NCBI GenBank assembly: GCA_963721455.1
Contig: CAVRJG010000042.1
Span: 1-64,000 of the forward strand
Direction: 5' to 3'
DNA: 64,000 nt
Source: an uncultured Methanosarcinaceae archaeon
Lineage (GTDB): Archaea > Halobacteriota > Methanosarcinia > Methanosarcinales > Methanosarcinaceae
This document shows, one piece after another, positions 62,095 through 64,000 of this stretch. The position numbers and the translations under genes were made by a program. The notes below the pieces were generated by a model. It saw only the letters and a list, made by a program, of their open reading frames with translations. It was not told where the DNA came from and made no database searches. Position 1 is the stretch's first letter. Each line of letters opens with the position of its first letter.

Positions 62095-62952
62095 TTATTT
62101 CCCAGTTACACTATTTCGGGCATCCAGGTAAGACTGTTCTGCAATTTCCGCACTTCCCTTGAGATTCATAACCTTCATATCAAAGGTACAGGCAAATTCC
62201 TGAACATTTTCATTAAATTCCGGATTATCCGCAAGTCCGTTATCTATTTTTGCAGCCAGGCAATAAAGAGGATTTTTCAGGTAACTGTTGTTGAAGTCCC
62301 GGCTGCCTGTATCATTTCCCAGCCGCTTCCAGCTCGAAGCCCACATCGGGGTCAGGTAAATCGTCCCCGTGCCTCTGAATGCAATCATGGCTCTGGCGTA
62401 AGCTTCATTTCCACCGAGAGCTAAACTAATGCAGTCTTCTATGGTTTCCCCGCTTTTGTCTTTCAGGAAAAAAAGCGGACAACCGAGGTCCGCGAAATCC
62501 TCTTCCAGTTTTCCAAACGTATGCCCACAGGTGCCATAAAAAATCAGGATTTTGTCCGAAAAGGGAGCCATTTCCCGGATGTTTCTGTACACCTCTGCCT
62601 TCAACAGCTCAAGGTCTGCGTGCAGGCCCAATCTTAGCAGATTTACAACAACGCTTACCTTTTTCCCTTCCCTGATCTTCTCCTTCTCGTGAATCCTTTT
62701 AAAGAAGGGAAAGAATGAAATAAACTTTGCGAAAGTTTTGAAATCAGGGCTGGACCCGCCTTTAAGAAGCATTGCGATTCTGTCCAGAAAAACTGTCCTT
62801 GGACTGCAGTTCTTTGACTTAAGCTTGCGGAGGAAACCTGAGCTGTCCCGATTTTCCACAACGATTAACTGCTGGAGTTCACGGTCTTTTGATAATACAT
62901 GTACAAGTTCGTCTTCGAGCATTCCGCAGGCAATAATGCTTAGTACAGGCAT
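62095..62952 (-). CDS. DUF1638 domain protein
   Basis: IIACGMLEDE, LGLH, FYGTCG, DCISLALGG, YLTPMW. Confidence 0.82.
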   Translation of the reverse strand: MPVLSIIACGMLEDELVHVLSKDRELQQLIVVENRDSSGFLRKLKSKNCSPRTVFLDRIAMLLKGGSSPDFKTFAKFISFFPFFKRIHEKEKIREGKKVSVVVNLLRLGLHADLELLKAEVYRNIREMAPFSDKILIFYGTCGHTFGKLEEDFADLGCPLFFLKDKSGETIEDCISLALGGNEAYARAMIAFRGTGTIYLTPMWASSWKRLGNDTGSRDFNNSYLKNPLYCLAAKIDNGLADNPEFNENVQEFACTFDMKVMNLKGSAEIAEQSYLDARNSVTGK

Positions 62953-63303
62953 ATTTCAGATGTCCTTCCTCGTAAAGATTCGTTTCCTCACATTCTTTCT
63001 GCAATAAATATCCGAAGTTCTGGCAGATTTATTCCAGAAAACTATACGATAAGCACTTCTTTCTGTGGACATATAAAGAGTAACAGCTAAATCATAAAGA
63101 AAAAGCGGATAAGAGAAACTGCAAAAGAAAGCAATGTGAATAGGAAAAATTAGTGCCCCTTTTCAATTCCGTTCTTCCCACTTCTCTTTATGCTCACACA
63201 GTGAGTAATTTAGCTTATTTCGGTTCTATTTCTTCAGTATTCGTTTTTCAGTTTAGTATTTAATAGGTTAAGTTTATCATAATATATTTTATTTTATTTT
63301 ATT

Positions 63304-63543
63304 TTATTTTATTTTATTAATTTGTTTTTGTTTATTTCGTTTTGAACTTTCAGGGAGTTTTTTATCAGGAGTGACTCCGTAATATTTTGTTCTTGCTGCC
63401 CCCCAGATACAACCATTTTTCCCAAAAATTTTCAATTCAATGTTCTGAATAGTCTTGCAAATTCCATTTCCCTTTCTCGCACCCTTGCAGACTATACAGA
63501 ACTTTTCACAAAAAACAGGAGGATTTCCCTTATTTTCAACCAT
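63304..63543 (-). CDS. Small Cys-containing hypothetical protein
   Basis: FCEKFCIVCKGAR...C...GCIWG pattern; RBS-like GGGAGTG. Confidence 0.55.
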   Translation of the reverse strand: MVENKGNPPVFCEKFCIVCKGARKGNGICKTIQNIELKIFGKNGCIWGAARTKYYGVTPDKKLPESSKRNKQKQINKIK

Positions 63544-63637
63544 TTCGACACTCCCTGCTATAATATATATTTCTATCTGGATACTTATGGGCGCGTATCC
63601 AGATATTTCCTTGATACGACGATAATTTCAGTTTCGG

Positions 63638-64000
63638 TCAGAGCAATTTATTTCCTGCGCCAGGGCCGGGAGCACACTGGAATACATCGGTAATCCTGAC
63701 TTCTATAAGGTTCTTTGCAGGGAGTCCGGGTTTTGCTGCATTCACAATTGCTTTCATTTTTTCATATTTTTCCCCGGAATTAAAAATCTCTGTTTTACCC
63801 TTTATCTGGAAGCAACCGCCTGTGTCCGGGCCCCATACATAGACTGCAACATTAGGGTTTTCTTCAAGGTTTGCTAGGGATTTGGCCATGAAATTGTCAG
63901 CAATCCAGATCGTTTCATCATCTACAAGCTGGCAGAACCCTATCGGTACTACATTGGGAATTCCATCCTTTGAGGCTGTAGCCACGGGAAAGATCTTTAC
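63638..64000 (-). CDS. Pyridoxamine 5'-phosphate oxidase-like FMN-binding protein (5' end beyond window)
   Basis: ATASKDGIPNVVP, IADNFM.KS..NL.ENP.V, FQIKG, PGPGAG. Confidence 0.88.
   Translation of the reverse strand, partial: VKIFPVATASKDGIPNVVPIGFCQLVDDETIWIADNFMAKSLANLEENPNVAVYVWGPDTGGCFQIKGKTEIFNSGEKYEKMKAIVNAAKPGLPAKNLIEVRITDVFQCAPGPGAGNKLL

Overview
The window is a mosaic of two genomes. Bases 1-~12431 come from a diderm anaerobic bacterium (lptF/lptG, LysM-NlpC/P60, membrane Fe-S/CCG oxidoreductase, ferredoxin, GH57; Desulfobacterota/Syntrophorhabdus-like by inference). This part has many frameshifts that look like long-read indels and four heptamer-periodic palindromic intergenic elements. 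From ~12432 the DNA is Methanosarcina-like (archaeal pheT, rnhB, purS/purQ, asnB, cooC, PPK2, tRNA-Gln with BRE/TATA, TPR and NosD-type proteins, MITEs). The join is mid-gene and is most likely an assembly chimera or concatenation; two further suspect joins flank a degraded NB-ARC/TPR fragment at ~40.6-42.7 kb. The best candidate novel system is a three-gene operon at 32.0-37.9 kb (minus strand): membrane protein, stand-alone SIR2-like effector, and an nSTAND1 NTPase-coiled coil-TM-16xWD40 receptor. Its first gene is interrupted by two MITEs whose removal restores the frame. Other highlights are an IS110 with a candidate bridge RNA nested inside IS1-type inverted repeats, a cytoplasmic archaeal PASTA protein, and a decayed island at ~52.8-61 kb. 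All calls come from reading the sequence and motifs; no database searches were run.
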